A stretch of 64,000 nt of DNA from Deltaproteobacteria bacterium (GCA_021799495.1 JAJZAI010000002.1:7157-71156); one strand, 5' to 3'. Shown: positions 1 through 10,408, counted from the first letter of the stretch. Notes: generated from the sequence alone by a model not told the origin. Made by a program: numbers and translations.

Positions 1-252
1 GGGAACGGAAAACGGAATCCGAGCGCGGCGACCGCGGCGGCGGCGAACGGCGCGACCACGACCGCGGCGGCAAGCCCGGCGGCGAGGGCGATCGCGAATG
101 ACAGCGTGAAGCGCTCGGGAACGGTGCGATTGTGCGATTGCGTGATGTTGAACCTCGGCTGGAAGGGTCGAAAGTTGCCGTTTAGCGGTTGCGCTTGGGC
201 CGCGCAAGCGGGTTGGTCATCGGCGGCGCGACAGTTCGCCGGGATTCGCCGT

Positions 253-1029
253 TCATGCCCGGTTCGGCCGCATCGGATCGGCGAGCGGTTCGAGCACGAT
301 TTCGACTGGACAGGCGCCCGCCGGCGCCGCGATTACCTGCATCGCCGCCGCGGCGACATGCTCCGCGCGCAGCATGAGCGAGCGATCTAGCCGCTTGTTT
401 TGCGGGATCAAAGCGGTATCGGTCAGGCCGGGAATCACCACCGCGATCCGCACGTCGCGCGCGCGCAGTTCGCCGAACGCCGCGTGGGTAAAGGCGACCA
501 GGCCGGCTTTGGCGGCGGCGTAAACGGCTTCGCCCGGCGGCGTGGCGCGGGCGGCCGACGAGGCGATATTCACGATCGCGCGCGGCGCGGCGGCGCCGTC
601 CGCACGGGTCTTCGCGAAATGGGCGGCGGCGAGACGGGTAAGCGCGATCGGCGCGCGCAGGTTGAGCGCGAGGATGCGATCCTGGTCGGCGGCGCTCATC
701 CGCGCGAGGGGCGTGCGCGGCGGCGCCCATCCGGCGTTGTTCACCACCACGTCGAGGCGGCCGTAGCGATGCAACGTCGCGTCGATTAGATTTTCCGGCG
801 CGTCCGCGTCGGCGAGATCAACCAGCACGATCAGCGCGCGATCGGGCGCAAGGCCGGCCGCCGCTCGCGTCTCCTCCAATTCCTCGCGAGTGCGCGCGGC
901 GAGGCAGAGCGAGTAGCCCGCACGCGCCATCGCGAGCGCGACCGCGCGGCCGATTCCGCGTCCGGCTCCGGTGACGACCGCAACCGGAGCCGAACCATGA
1001 TCGGGCGGAGCCGCCGGGGAATCATCCAT
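253..1029 (-). CDS. SDR-family short-chain dehydrogenase/reductase
   Basis: 258-aa ORF. It carries the Rossmann motif VAVVTGAGRGIGRA, an NNAG motif and the catalytic YAAAK (YxxxK). Confidence 0.85.
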   Translation of the reverse strand: MDDSPAAPPDHGSAPVAVVTGAGRGIGRAVALAMARAGYSLCLAARTREELEETRAAAGLAPDRALIVLVDLADADAPENLIDATLHRYGRLDVVVNNAGWAPPRTPLARMSAADQDRILALNLRAPIALTRLAAAHFAKTRADGAAAPRAIVNIASSAARATPPGEAVYAAAKAGLVAFTHAAFGELRARDVRIAVVIPGLTDTALIPQNKRLDRSLMLRAEHVAAAAMQVIAAPAGACPVEIVLEPLADPMRPNRA

Positions 1030-1171
1030 TGCGGGAAACGCGGCTCCCGATTGGGATCGAACACGCGCGGATTCGCCGGGAACGGTTTGAAACGGTGAAT
1101 TTCATCGCGAGCCGCCCGATAGGCGCGGGATTGTTGCCTTGTCGGCGGCAGCCAAACACAATCGAAGTTTA

Positions 1172-2530
1172 ATGAATCCGCAGGTATTTCGCGAATACGA
1201 CATCCGCGGCGTGGTGGAGGAGGACTTCGACGACGATTTTGTCGTCGATCTGGGGCGCGCCTATGCGACGCTGTTGCTACGCGCCGGCAAGCGCACGATC
1301 ACGCTCGGGCGCGACTGCCGTCTGACCTCCGATGCGCTGCGCGATCTGCTGCTCGAGGGGCTGCTGCCGAGCGGAATCGACGTGGTCGATATCGGCGTCG
1401 TGCCGACCCCGTTGCTCTATTTTTCGGTGCGCCATTGGCAGATGGACGGCGGCGCGATGATCACGGGCAGCCATAACGCGGCCGAATACAACGGCTTCAA
1501 ATTGGGAGTTGGTCCCTCGACGATTTTTGGTGACGCAATTCAGCGGGTGCGCCAGATTATCGAAGCGCGCGCGTTCGAATCGACGGGCGGCAAAGGCAGG
1601 CTTGCGGCGCGGCCGGTGCTGCCCGACTATCGCGACTACATCAAACGCAATATCCGCGTGCGGTCCGGAATGAAGGTCGCGGTGGATGGCGGCAACGGAT
1701 GCGGCGGCGCGGTCGCGGCGCCGCTGATGCGCGAGATGGGGCTAGAGACGGTGGAGTTGTATATCGAGATGGACGGCCGCTTTCCGCATCACCATCCGGA
1801 TCCAACCGTCGAGGCGAACATGCGCGACCTGCGGGCGGCGGTGAACAAATCCGGCGCAGAAATCGGAATCGCTTACGATGGCGACGCCGATCGGATTGGC
1901 GCGGTCGATGAAAACGGGCGCATCGTCTGGGGCGACGAACAGATGGTGGTTTACGCCCGCTCGATTCTGAAAGAGCGGCCGGGCGCGACGATTATCGGCG
2001 ACGTCAAATGTTCGCAGCGGATGTACGACGACATCGCGCGGCATGGCGGCCGTCCGATTATGTGGAAGACCGGCCATTCGCTGATCAAGAGCAAGCTCAA
2101 AGAGGAAAACGCCGCGCTTGCGGGCGAGATGAGCGGCCACATGTTTTTCAACGATCGCTATTACGGCTTCGACGACGCGATTTATGCGTCGTTCCGGCTG
2201 CTGGAGATCGTCAGCCGCGAAGGGCGCACTTTGAGCCAGTTGCTGGCCGACCTGCCGCAAACCTGCTTCACGCCGGAGCTGCGGCTCGACTGTCCCGACG
2301 ACGTCAAATTCGACGTTGTGCGCCGGGCCGCGGATTATTTCCGCGCGCATTACGAGACGATCGATATCGACGGAGCGCGGGTCAAGTTTCCTGGCGGATG
2401 GGGCCTGGTGCGCGCGTCCAACACGCAGCCGGCGCTGGTGATGCGGTTTGAAGCCGAAGACGAACGCACGCTCGGCGAAATCCGCGCCATCTTCGAGAGC
2501 AAACTGAAAGAGCTGGGCGCGAAACTGTGA
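1172..2530 (+). CDS. manB: Phosphomannomutase/phosphoglucomutase (alpha-D-phosphohexomutase)
   Basis: Track ORF 1139..2530. It has the phosphoserine loop TGSHNAAEYNGFK, the Mg site YDGDADR and N-terminal FREYDIRG. The ATG at 1172 is preferred over the TTG at 1139. Confidence 0.88.
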   Translation: MNPQVFREYDIRGVVEEDFDDDFVVDLGRAYATLLLRAGKRTITLGRDCRLTSDALRDLLLEGLLPSGIDVVDIGVVPTPLLYFSVRHWQMDGGAMITGSHNAAEYNGFKLGVGPSTIFGDAIQRVRQIIEARAFESTGGKGRLAARPVLPDYRDYIKRNIRVRSGMKVAVDGGNGCGGAVAAPLMREMGLETVELYIEMDGRFPHHHPDPTVEANMRDLRAAVNKSGAEIGIAYDGDADRIGAVDENGRIVWGDEQMVVYARSILKERPGATIIGDVKCSQRMYDDIARHGGRPIMWKTGHSLIKSKLKEENAALAGEMSGHMFFNDRYYGFDDAIYASFRLLEIVSREGRTLSQLLADLPQTCFTPELRLDCPDDVKFDVVRRAADYFRAHYETIDIDGARVKFPGGWGLVRASNTQPALVMRFEAEDERTLGEIRAIFESKLKELGAKL

Positions 2531-3621
2531 AAAAGGCGCGCCGCCGATCGACTGGCGCGTCCGCCGCGCGCGCGGCGGCGGCGCTGATTATCGCGGGCGG
2601 ACGCGGCACCCGTTTTTGGCCCGAAAGCCGTGCCGGCCGGCCCAAGCCGCTGTTCGCGATCGACGGTAAAACATCCCTGCTGGCCGGCACGATCGGGCGG
2701 CTGCGCGGACTGATTCCGCCGACGCGAATCTTTGTCGTGGTTTCCGCCGATCAGCGGCGGCCGTTCCGCACAGCGCTGCGCGGAATTCTGCCCACCGGGA
2801 ATCTGATCGTCGAACCGGAGGGCCGCGGAACCGCCGTCGCGATCGCCTACGGCGCGGCGCATATCGCGAAAAGGCTCGGCGCCGATACGGCGCTCGCGGT
2901 GATGCCCGCGGACCATCACGTGGCGCCCGCGGACGGCTTTCGCGTGACGATCGCGGAGGCTTTCGATCTCGCCCGCGCGCACGGCGCGATCGTGGTCGTG
3001 GGCGTGGCGCCGGCCAGCGCCGAAACCGGCTACGGCTATCAGCAAATCGGACCGGCGGTGGGGAGCGGCTACAAAGTCGCGCGCTTTGTCGAGAAGCCCG
3101 CGCCGGCCGCCGCGCGCCGGATGGTCAAGTCCGGGCGATACATGTGGAACGCAGGCATCTTTGTGATGCGCGCGAGCGCGCTTGACGCCGAGTTGCGGCG
3201 CCATGCGCCGGAATTGGCGGCGGCGATGGAGCGCTTCGGCGCGATCGGCGCGCGCGCGTTGCCGGCTTTTTACCGCAGCCTCGAGTTCGATTCGTTCGAT
3301 CGGGTGGTGATCGAAAAGAGCCGCAACGTGATCGGCGTCCGCGCGCGCTTCAAGTGGTTCGACGTCGGCAGTTGGCAGGGCCTTTGGGACGCGCTTCGTA
3401 CGGACAGGGCCGCGAACGTGTTGAACGGCAACGCGATCGCGTTTGGTTCGAGTCGCGTGCTCGCGCGCGCGGGCGATCGCCTGATGGTGTTGCTGGGCGT
3501 TTCCGATCTGGTCGCGGTCGACGCCGGCGACGCGATATTGATCGCGCGGATGTCGGCGTCACAGGAAATCCGCCGGGTGACCGAAGAGCTCGCCCGGCGC
3601 GGCTTGAACAAATATTTGTAG
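2527..3621 (+). CDS. manC: Mannose-1-phosphate guanylyltransferase (nucleotidyltransferase family)
   Basis: 364 aa. The GTG start overlaps the manB stop (GTGA). The N-terminal NTP-transferase motif is IIAGGRGTRFWPESR. Confidence 0.8.
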   Translation: MKKARRRSTGASAARAAAALIIAGGRGTRFWPESRAGRPKPLFAIDGKTSLLAGTIGRLRGLIPPTRIFVVVSADQRRPFRTALRGILPTGNLIVEPEGRGTAVAIAYGAAHIAKRLGADTALAVMPADHHVAPADGFRVTIAEAFDLARAHGAIVVVGVAPASAETGYGYQQIGPAVGSGYKVARFVEKPAPAAARRMVKSGRYMWNAGIFVMRASALDAELRRHAPELAAAMERFGAIGARALPAFYRSLEFDSFDRVVIEKSRNVIGVRARFKWFDVGSWQGLWDALRTDRAANVLNGNAIAFGSSRVLARAGDRLMVLLGVSDLVAVDAGDAILIARMSASQEIRRVTEELARRGLNKYL

Positions 3622-3645
3622 AACCGGCCGCCGTCCCCGCCGCGG

Positions 3646-4233
3646 CTATTCCGGGCGCTGCGCGTCGGCGGAGTCCGGAAAGAGCGCGCGTATCAGGAAC
3701 GACTCGCGTTTGAAGAATCCGCCGGTATGAAACGAATCGTCAAACCGGAAGTGCGCGTAATCGAAGTAGTGACCCAACTCATGCATCATCGTGCGGATGA
3801 ACGTGCGCGGCTTGACGACGTCGTGGCGCTGCGCCGTGCGCATCCAGAGAACGATCAGCGGTTCTCGATCGCGCCGCGGCGCGGCTGGCGATCCCGGCGC
3901 CTGAATCCGGCCGGTCCCATCCGGATAGAAAATGCCGTGCAATTCGCCGCGAGCGTTATGCGGCCGGACGCCCCTGACTTCGATGCGGACCGGCGCGACG
4001 CCCAGCAGCCGGCATAACTCGTTGCCGAGCGCTTGCGCGCCGCGCTGCGCCAGCGACGGCGCCGCGGTGGGCAGAACGGCGGCGAGCCGCGACGCGATCG
4101 TGATGGCGGCGGGACTGGCCGCGAGCGCATACCGATCGAGCGCATCGCTTTTCAGATAACATCGCTGCGCCCGCGCCGAGAGCCGGTAGTAGAACGCGGG
4201 CAGCGGACGCGCTTCGCTGACGGAAGCGCGCAC
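3646..4233 (-). CDS. Hypothetical HExxH zinc-metallopeptidase-like protein (start uncertain)
   Basis: The C-terminal region contains MMHELGHYFDYAHF. The ORF is open up to 4551, but its first ~106 codons are Arg-rich and share third-codon positions with the opposite-strand ORF. The GTG at 4233 is one possible start. Confidence 0.45.
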   Translation of the reverse strand: MRASVSEARPLPAFYYRLSARAQRCYLKSDALDRYALAASPAAITIASRLAAVLPTAAPSLAQRGAQALGNELCRLLGVAPVRIEVRGVRPHNARGELHGIFYPDGTGRIQAPGSPAAPRRDREPLIVLWMRTAQRHDVVKPRTFIRTMMHELGHYFDYAHFRFDDSFHTGGFFKRESFLIRALFPDSADAQRPE

Positions 4234-4429
4234 GCCTGTGCGGCCGCGCCCGTTCGCACGCGCCTCAGTTCCTTTCGACCCCGCGTCCACCGCTTTGCCT
4301 ATCGTGTAACGGCGGCGATCAGAGCGCAACCGCCGCCGCGAAATCTGGTGGTTCGGGCGCGCGATGCGATTGGCATTGCGGATCGCATCGCGGGCACGGC
4401 GGCAATTTGCAAGGTTGACGCCGCGCGAT

Positions 4430-4918
4430 ATGGAAACGCGCGGATTTTTCGCGGGCGTGCGGCAGGCACGTTTGATGCGTTCGCGAATTGATGTGTTCAG
4501 AACTATCGGCGACTGGCTCGGCTCGTTCTCAGACCTCAAACGACTCGCCATTCGCGCGGGGTCCGCGCCGCGCCGCCATGCGTTTGTGATTTCCCGGCTG
4601 AAACCGGATGAAGCGCTGGAGCCGTATCGCCATCGCTATACGTGCCTGGATTGCCGATGGAGCTTTCTGGTGGATGCGCGCGGCCGCGTGGTCGCCGTCG
4701 ATGCCGCGGATCGGCTGATTGCCGCTGACGAAGCGATGCGCAGATTGGCAAGCTTCGCTGATAGTTCCTGTCCGGGAAGCCGGACGCAATCAGGCATTCC
4801 AAATCCACCATATGCACGGGGATGGATGCCTAAACGCCGCGTTCCGCATCTGGCGTGGTCGGCGGTCGCGTCGCGCTTCAATCCGGCGAAGAATCAGCGA
4901 GCGCGGCAATCCCGCTAG
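4430..4918 (+). CDS. Hypothetical protein (contains YTCLDCRW CxxC motif)
   Basis: This lies within track ORF 4364..4918. The ATG at 4430 (METRGFF...) gives a protein-like sequence. The competing minus-strand ORFs in this span are Arg-rich shadows. Confidence 0.4.
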   Translation: METRGFFAGVRQARLMRSRIDVFRTIGDWLGSFSDLKRLAIRAGSAPRRHAFVISRLKPDEALEPYRHRYTCLDCRWSFLVDARGRVVAVDAADRLIAADEAMRRLASFADSSCPGSRTQSGIPNPPYARGWMPKRRVPHLAWSAVASRFNPAKNQRARQSR

Positions 4919-4957
4919 CGCTGGCCGCGGATTCGCCGGCTGAATAAAATTCCTGCG

Positions 4958-5416
4958 ATGAAGTTTTCGAATGCGGCGGCGGGTGGATGCGACCGCCTCG
5001 AAGCGCGCGTCACGGATTGCGATGCGGGCGACGTGCGATCGAGGGCGTTTCGCGCGGACGGGATCGTTCGTGCGATCGGCGGATGGGTGGCGTTTGCGGC
5101 CGTCGTCGCGGGAGTCGTCCTGCTGGTCGGCGACGCCGCCGGATTGACCGCACGCGCGGCGCATGGGCCGATTTCGGCCGCGCCGCTGCTGATGGTCGGC
5201 GCGGCATTCATGGTCGTCCTGCCGCTGACGCGGCCCGGATGGCTGGAATTTATCAAGCGCGCGATGGTCGGAGCGGCGTTCATTCTGTGGGGAATCGCGC
5301 AGTTGATGCCGCCGGGCGCGGCCGCGGCCACGCTCGGCGATCTCGTGATCACGCTCTACGTCATCGACCTCGCGTTGGTGATCCACGACTGGCGCTCCAC
5401 TCCGCCGCGAATGTAA
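4958..5416 (+). CDS. Hypothetical integral membrane protein
   Basis: 152-aa ORF with about four hydrophobic helices (GWVAFAAVVAGVVLLV, LLMVGAAFMVVL, AMVGAAFILWGIAQL, LVITLYVIDLALVI). Confidence 0.55.
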   Translation: MKFSNAAAGGCDRLEARVTDCDAGDVRSRAFRADGIVRAIGGWVAFAAVVAGVVLLVGDAAGLTARAAHGPISAAPLLMVGAAFMVVLPLTRPGWLEFIKRAMVGAAFILWGIAQLMPPGAAAATLGDLVITLYVIDLALVIHDWRSTPPRM

Positions 5417-5497
5417 CCTCGCGGCTGCTTTTCGAGCTTGATCGGCTCCCTTATCATCACGCCTGACGGCGCCGGTGTGCGCCGCTGCGGAGCGTCT

Positions 5498-5983
5498 ATG
5501 AATTTTCACGCGGTCGAGATAGCCAAGCCGGCTGATGACGTGAACGTGATCGTCGGCCAGTCGCATTTCATTAAAACGGTCGAAGACCTCTACGAGGCGA
5601 TCGTGCAGGCCGTGCCGGGCGTGAAATTCGGCGTTGCGTTCTGCGAGGCGTCGGGACCGTGCCTGATCCGCCATACCGGCACTGACGCCGCGCTCGAAAA
5701 CGCCGCGATCGCGGCGGCGCAGGCGATCGCGGCCGGCCATGTTTTCGTCGTGATGCTGGGCAACGCGTTCCCGGTGAACGTGCTCAATTCGATTAAATCG
5801 GTTGCGGAGGTTTGCCGGGTCTTCTGCGCGACCGCCAACCCGCTGAGCGTGATCGTGGCGGAGCACGACGGGCGGCGCGGAGTCGCCGGCGTGCTCGACG
5901 GCAGTCCGCCGCAAGGCGTCGAGGGCGAGACGGAGCGCGCCGAACGTCACGCCCTGTTGCGCCGTTTCGGTTACAAGCAATAG
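5498..5983 (+). CDS. Adenosine-specific-kinase-like protein (PF04008-type family, from memory)
   Basis: The ATG at 5498 is preceded by GGAG. The sequence MNFHAVEIAKP..VNVIVGQSHFIKTVEDLYEA..GVKFGVAFCEASGP..ATANPLSVIVAE matches my memory of this small conserved family. Confidence 0.65.
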   Translation: MNFHAVEIAKPADDVNVIVGQSHFIKTVEDLYEAIVQAVPGVKFGVAFCEASGPCLIRHTGTDAALENAAIAAAQAIAAGHVFVVMLGNAFPVNVLNSIKSVAEVCRVFCATANPLSVIVAEHDGRRGVAGVLDGSPPQGVEGETERAERHALLRRFGYKQ

Positions 5984-6109
5984 CGAATTCGGCCGGCGGC
6001 GGCCGCCCATCCAGAGGGCGCCATCAGGAGTCGCGGCGCGCTATACTTGATTATGCGGCGTCCAGATGAGCGCCGGATGCGGGGCGGGGAAGGACGGTCT
6101 GATTGACCG

Positions 6110-8659
6110 ATGGCCAAAGCCAACGGACGCGGCGGCAAAGCCGGAGCGCAGCGTAAGGGCGCGCGCGGCGCGAGCGCGGCGCAAAATTCGACGGCGAGCC
6201 GTGCATGGGCTGCGGCGCGATGGTGCGCGGTGGGAATCGCAGCGGGTTTCCGGCGGCTGGGATGGCGCCGATCGCTGATTGGCGCGGGATTGTTCGCGGT
6301 TTTTTGCGCCGGTTTTTATCTCGCCCAGGTTTACACAGAAATCTCGCAGCTAATCGCGGAACGCCGCGCCGGGCTCGGTTCCGCGATCTATTCGGCGCCG
6401 CTCGCTATTACTCCCGGCGAGCGGATCGCTCCGCTTCATCTGATCGATCGGCTCGACCGTCTGAGCTACTCGCGCGTCGATAACGTCGCGCATCCGGGGC
6501 AATACTCGCTTACGCCCGGGTCGATGACGCTGTTCGTGCGCGATTTCAGCGACGGCGTGCACGGCTATGTCGCGCAACTCGCGCATATTTCCTTCGCGAA
6601 TTCAGCGGTCGCGGCGATTACCGATTCGTTCGGCGCGCCGCTCGGCCATCTTGAGGTCGAACCCGAAGTAATTGGACGGCTGGCGCCCGACGCGCCGGCC
6701 GAGCGCGTCGAGGTTTCGCTCGACGAGGTTCGGCCGTATTTGATCAAAGGCCTGCTCGCCACCGAGGATCGTTTTTTCTATTACCATTTCGGCTTCGATC
6801 CGATTCGCATCATCGAGGCGGCGATCGTCGATTTTCACTCGCATCGCTTGAGCCAGGGCGCGAGCACGCTCACCCAGCAATTGGCGCGGACCTTTATCGA
6901 TCAGCATCAGCGGACTTTCCGCCGCAAGGTTCGCGAACTGGCGGTCGCGCTGGTGCTGGAGATCAGGCTGACCAAGAACGAAATTCTCGAGCGTTATATC
7001 AACGACGTGCCGATGGGCGCGTACGACGGCGCGCCAATCTACGGGATGCCGCTGGCGGCCCGCTATTTCTTCAACAAGGACCTGAGCGAAGTCACGCCCG
7101 CCGAAGCCGCGACCCTGATCGGGATGATCCAGGCGCCCACGCTCTACGATCCGCGGCGTCATCCCGACGCCGCCCGCACGCGCCGCGACACGGTGCTCGC
7201 GCTGATGCGCCGGGCGGGCGCGATCGATGACGCGCAGTATGCGCAGGCGATCGCGACTCCCGTCGCGACGGTCAAGGCGCCGGGACTCAGGCGCGCGCCC
7301 TATTTCACCGATTACGTGACCCTGCAGCTTCATCGGATTGTTCCGGCTATCGCGATTCGGCCCGGTCTCAAGGTTTACACGACGCTCGATCCGGAGATGC
7401 AGCAGGCGGCGCGCGAAAGCCTCGAGCGGAATCTTGCGCGCCTCGAGCGGCTCCATCCGGCGCTCGCCCGGCGCGATCGGCGCGACCCGCTCGAGAGCGC
7501 GATCGTCGCGCTCGATCCCCGCACCGGCGGCATTCTCGCGATGGTGGGCGGGCGGGATTACGCGCGCAGCCAGTTCAATCGTGCGGTCGAGGCCGAACGC
7601 CAGCCCGGTTCGGCGTTCAAGCCGATCGTCTATCTGACCGCGATCGATCCGGTGCTCAATCCGCTTCCGCAACCGGTCACGCTTGCCTCGCTGCTTCCCG
7701 ACCGGCCGATGTCGTTCGGCGGATGGACCCCGGCGAACTATGAACGCACTTATCAGGGCGAGGTGACGATCGCGGAGGCGCTGGCCGAATCGCTCAACGT
7801 GCCGACCGTCTATCTGGGCAGCCTGCTCGGACCCGGCCGCGTGATCCGCACCGCGCACGAACTTGGCATCGATTCCAAATTGCCCGACTATTTGCCGGTC
7901 ACGATCGGCGCCGGCGAGGTGAATCTGCTCGAACTGACCGGCGTGTATCAGGTGTTCGCGGACGGCGGCGTGGAACGGCCGCCATGGGCGATTTCGGCGA
8001 TCGTCGGCGGCGACGGCCGTCCGCTTTGGCGCCACGAGGATCGATCCGCTCGCCTGATGAGCCGCGCGGTCGCCTATCTGATGACCGGAGCGCTGCAGGG
8101 CGTGTTCCAGTATGGCACGGCCGCGAGCGCCCGATCGCTCGGGTTGAATTTCGTCGCGGCCGGCAAAACCGGAACGACCGATGATTATCGCGACGCCTTC
8201 TTTGTCGGCTATACGCGCCAGCTCGTGACCGGCGTTTGGGTCGGTTTCGATCAGCCCGAAACGCTGGGCCTGACCGGAGCGCAGGCGGCGTTGCCCTCAT
8301 GGGTGAATTTTATGACCGCGGCGGTGACGCGGCCGGAACTCGGGTTTGGTCCGCCTCCGCCCGGAATCGTGATGGCGGCGATTGATCCGCGGAGCGGCGG
8401 CCTCGCGACGCCGAATTGTCCGCTGGTGCAGAATCTGCCGTTCCTGGAGGGCACCGAGCCAACCCAGCCGTGTCCACTGCACAACGGCGCGCCGCCGCCG
8501 ACCACGACTGCGTCGGCCGCGCCGATGCCGGGCGGCGTGACGCCGGCGAGCGCATCAGGTCCGGCGAGCGCGGCCACGCCCGCGCCAGCGTCCGGCGCCG
8601 CGTCGAACAGCGTGTTCGGCTCGATCGGCAATTTTTTCGGATCGCTGTTCGGCCATTAG
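6110..8659 (+). CDS. mrcA: Class A penicillin-binding protein (bifunctional glycosyltransferase/transpeptidase)
   Basis: 849 aa with an N-terminal TM segment. It has the GT51 motifs EDRFFYYHFGFD and GASTLTQQLAR, and the transpeptidase motifs SAFKP (SxxK) and KTGTT. The C-terminus is an Ala/Pro/Ser-rich tail. Confidence 0.9.
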   Translation: MAKANGRGGKAGAQRKGARGASAAQNSTASRAWAAARWCAVGIAAGFRRLGWRRSLIGAGLFAVFCAGFYLAQVYTEISQLIAERRAGLGSAIYSAPLAITPGERIAPLHLIDRLDRLSYSRVDNVAHPGQYSLTPGSMTLFVRDFSDGVHGYVAQLAHISFANSAVAAITDSFGAPLGHLEVEPEVIGRLAPDAPAERVEVSLDEVRPYLIKGLLATEDRFFYYHFGFDPIRIIEAAIVDFHSHRLSQGASTLTQQLARTFIDQHQRTFRRKVRELAVALVLEIRLTKNEILERYINDVPMGAYDGAPIYGMPLAARYFFNKDLSEVTPAEAATLIGMIQAPTLYDPRRHPDAARTRRDTVLALMRRAGAIDDAQYAQAIATPVATVKAPGLRRAPYFTDYVTLQLHRIVPAIAIRPGLKVYTTLDPEMQQAARESLERNLARLERLHPALARRDRRDPLESAIVALDPRTGGILAMVGGRDYARSQFNRAVEAERQPGSAFKPIVYLTAIDPVLNPLPQPVTLASLLPDRPMSFGGWTPANYERTYQGEVTIAEALAESLNVPTVYLGSLLGPGRVIRTAHELGIDSKLPDYLPVTIGAGEVNLLELTGVYQVFADGGVERPPWAISAIVGGDGRPLWRHEDRSARLMSRAVAYLMTGALQGVFQYGTAASARSLGLNFVAAGKTGTTDDYRDAFFVGYTRQLVTGVWVGFDQPETLGLTGAQAALPSWVNFMTAAVTRPELGFGPPPPGIVMAAIDPRSGGLATPNCPLVQNLPFLEGTEPTQPCPLHNGAPPPTTTASAAPMPGGVTPASASGPASAATPAPASGAASNSVFGSIGNFFGSLFGH

Positions 8660-8668
8660 GCCGGCTGT

Positions 8669-9673
8669 CTAGCTCGCGGTAAGCTCAAGGCGCATTCGCG
8701 GCTGGCCACTCATCCCGGAGCCTGTCTGTGGATCGCTGGGCGGCTGCGCCACGCCGTCGCCGTCGGTCGCGCGCGCGCGAACGGTATATTCGCCCGGCGG
8801 CGCCGCGAAATGATATTTCCAGACGGTCCATTCATAGCGCGATCGATTGAGTATCAACTCCGCCGGCTTCCAGGTCGCGCCGTCGTCGGTCGATACGTCC
8901 ACGCCGCGGATTCCCGAATGTCCCGCCAGCGCCCATCCGATAATATCGACGGGGCTTTTCGCGCGCGCCGAGACGCTGAGCGACAAAATATCCAGCAGGC
9001 CGCCGCTGGGACGCGGCTGGAAGAATCCGGAATTGACTTTGCGCCACGCCTCGTTGCTCCATCCGCGCGCTTCCCAATAGCCGGTGAAAGGCTGATCGAC
9101 GAATTCTATTTCGGTGATCCATTTCGGCTGCTTCATTCCGTATTTGCCGGGAATGAAGATGCGCACCGGAAACCCGTGAACCGGCGGCAGCGGCGCGCCG
9201 TTCATCAGATACGGCATGAAATTCTCCGGCCGCAAAATTTCCTCGACCGGCACTCCGGTGTAATATCCATCCGCCGCGCGCATCGCGGCGTAAACCGCGC
9301 CGGCTTTGACGCCCGCGCGATCCAAGATCGGTTTCAGCGGCGCGCCAACCCAAGTGGCGTTGCTGATCGCCGAACCGTCGGGCGGGTTCGAGATGCATTC
9401 GAGCGTCAGGGTTTCATGCACCGCCGGCATCGCGCGCAGCTGATCGAGATTGAGGTTGAGCGGATTGCGCACGAGGCCATGGATTTTCAGGCCCCATTTC
9501 GCCGCGTCGACCGCCGGCGTTTCTCCATATGAAGTCACATAGAACTGGTCGTTCGGAGTCGGCCCGCCAAAGCTTTCGGGAGGGTTTGCGGCCGCGGCCA
9601 CGTCGGCTCCGAGCGGAAGATTCGCGGCGGCGAGCGCCGCTCCGGCGAGTCTGAGAAATTTCCTTCGCGTCAT
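8669..9673 (-). CDS. Periplasmic sulfite-oxidase-family molybdopterin oxidoreductase
   Basis: 334 aa with a twin-arginine signal (MTRRKFLRLAGAALAAA). It has the Mo-ligand cysteine context TLECISN and a C-terminal Ig-like dimerisation-type region. Confidence 0.78.
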   Translation of the reverse strand: MTRRKFLRLAGAALAAANLPLGADVAAAANPPESFGGPTPNDQFYVTSYGETPAVDAAKWGLKIHGLVRNPLNLNLDQLRAMPAVHETLTLECISNPPDGSAISNATWVGAPLKPILDRAGVKAGAVYAAMRAADGYYTGVPVEEILRPENFMPYLMNGAPLPPVHGFPVRIFIPGKYGMKQPKWITEIEFVDQPFTGYWEARGWSNEAWRKVNSGFFQPRPSGGLLDILSLSVSARAKSPVDIIGWALAGHSGIRGVDVSTDDGATWKPAELILNRSRYEWTVWKYHFAAPPGEYTVRARATDGDGVAQPPSDPQTGSGMSGQPRMRLELTAS

Positions 9674-9904
9674 CGGTTGACCTGTGCGCCGTCAAGCGGT
9701 TGGCGTTCGGAACCGCACCGCATCCGTCGTTGCAATTCAGACGTAAACGGCGTCCTGATATTCGATTTTGCGCCGATTACGCGGCGCGACGCGAGCGCTA
9801 TTTCAACCAGATCGACGGCGCCGGATCCGGATTGCGCGGCGGCCACGTTCCCAGCAAAACTGAACTTCGTGAAGAATTGTAACTTGAATCCGGAAACCCC
9901 TCTG

Positions 9905-10402
9905 ATGAGTCCGCGTCACAGGGTCTGGACCGTCATTTGGACTGTGTTCGCCATGCTGACGGCCGGCGGCGGCGCCTCGGCCGACGCGGCCGCGTCGTTC
10001 CTGCCCAACGCGGCCGACGCGAAAATCGTCAGCGTCAGCAAAACCGGCGAGGCTGCGGCTGGCGTCACCGTGATGACGGTCGCTGTCGCGATTAAAGAAA
10101 CCGGGCCAAATTCCACGGTAAAGAAATTCGGCGAAACCTATGCCTTCAGTCCGAATTTTATCGCGGTCCATCGCGACGAACCGACGCAAATAGAATTCTG
10201 GAACCTGCAGCCCGACGACGAGCACGATTTCGCCCTGCTCGGGTCCGATCTGAAAGTCATGATGTACGAGCGGCTGAAGCCGCTATCCAAATCGTCATGG
10301 ATTTTCACCTTCCATCGCGAAGGACTGTTCGATTTCAAATGTTTGACGCATCAGCCGGAGATGGCCGGCCAGATCCTCGTCTTGCCGCCCGAGGGTAAGT
10401 GA
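9905..10402 (+). CDS. Secreted cupredoxin-like (type-1 copper) protein
   Basis: The ATG at 9905 lies within track ORF 9677..10402. It has a signal-peptide-like N-terminus (VWTVIWTVFAMLTAGGGASA). The candidate Cu ligands are DEHDF...KCLTHQPEM (H...C-x2-H-x3-M). Confidence 0.6.
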   Translation: MSPRHRVWTVIWTVFAMLTAGGGASADAAASFLPNAADAKIVSVSKTGEAAAGVTVMTVAVAIKETGPNSTVKKFGETYAFSPNFIAVHRDEPTQIEFWNLQPDDEHDFALLGSDLKVMMYERLKPLSKSSWIFTFHREGLFDFKCLTHQPEMAGQILVLPPEGK

Positions 10403-10408
10403 CTCGCG

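Noticed and set aside
1-180. Possible 5' end of a minus-strand membrane-protein gene running off the left edge (hydrophobic translation ..FTLSFAIALAAGLAAAVVVAPFAAAAVAALGF..).
   Set aside because: There is no ATG and no convincing SD; only an internal GTG is available. The fragment is too short to call.
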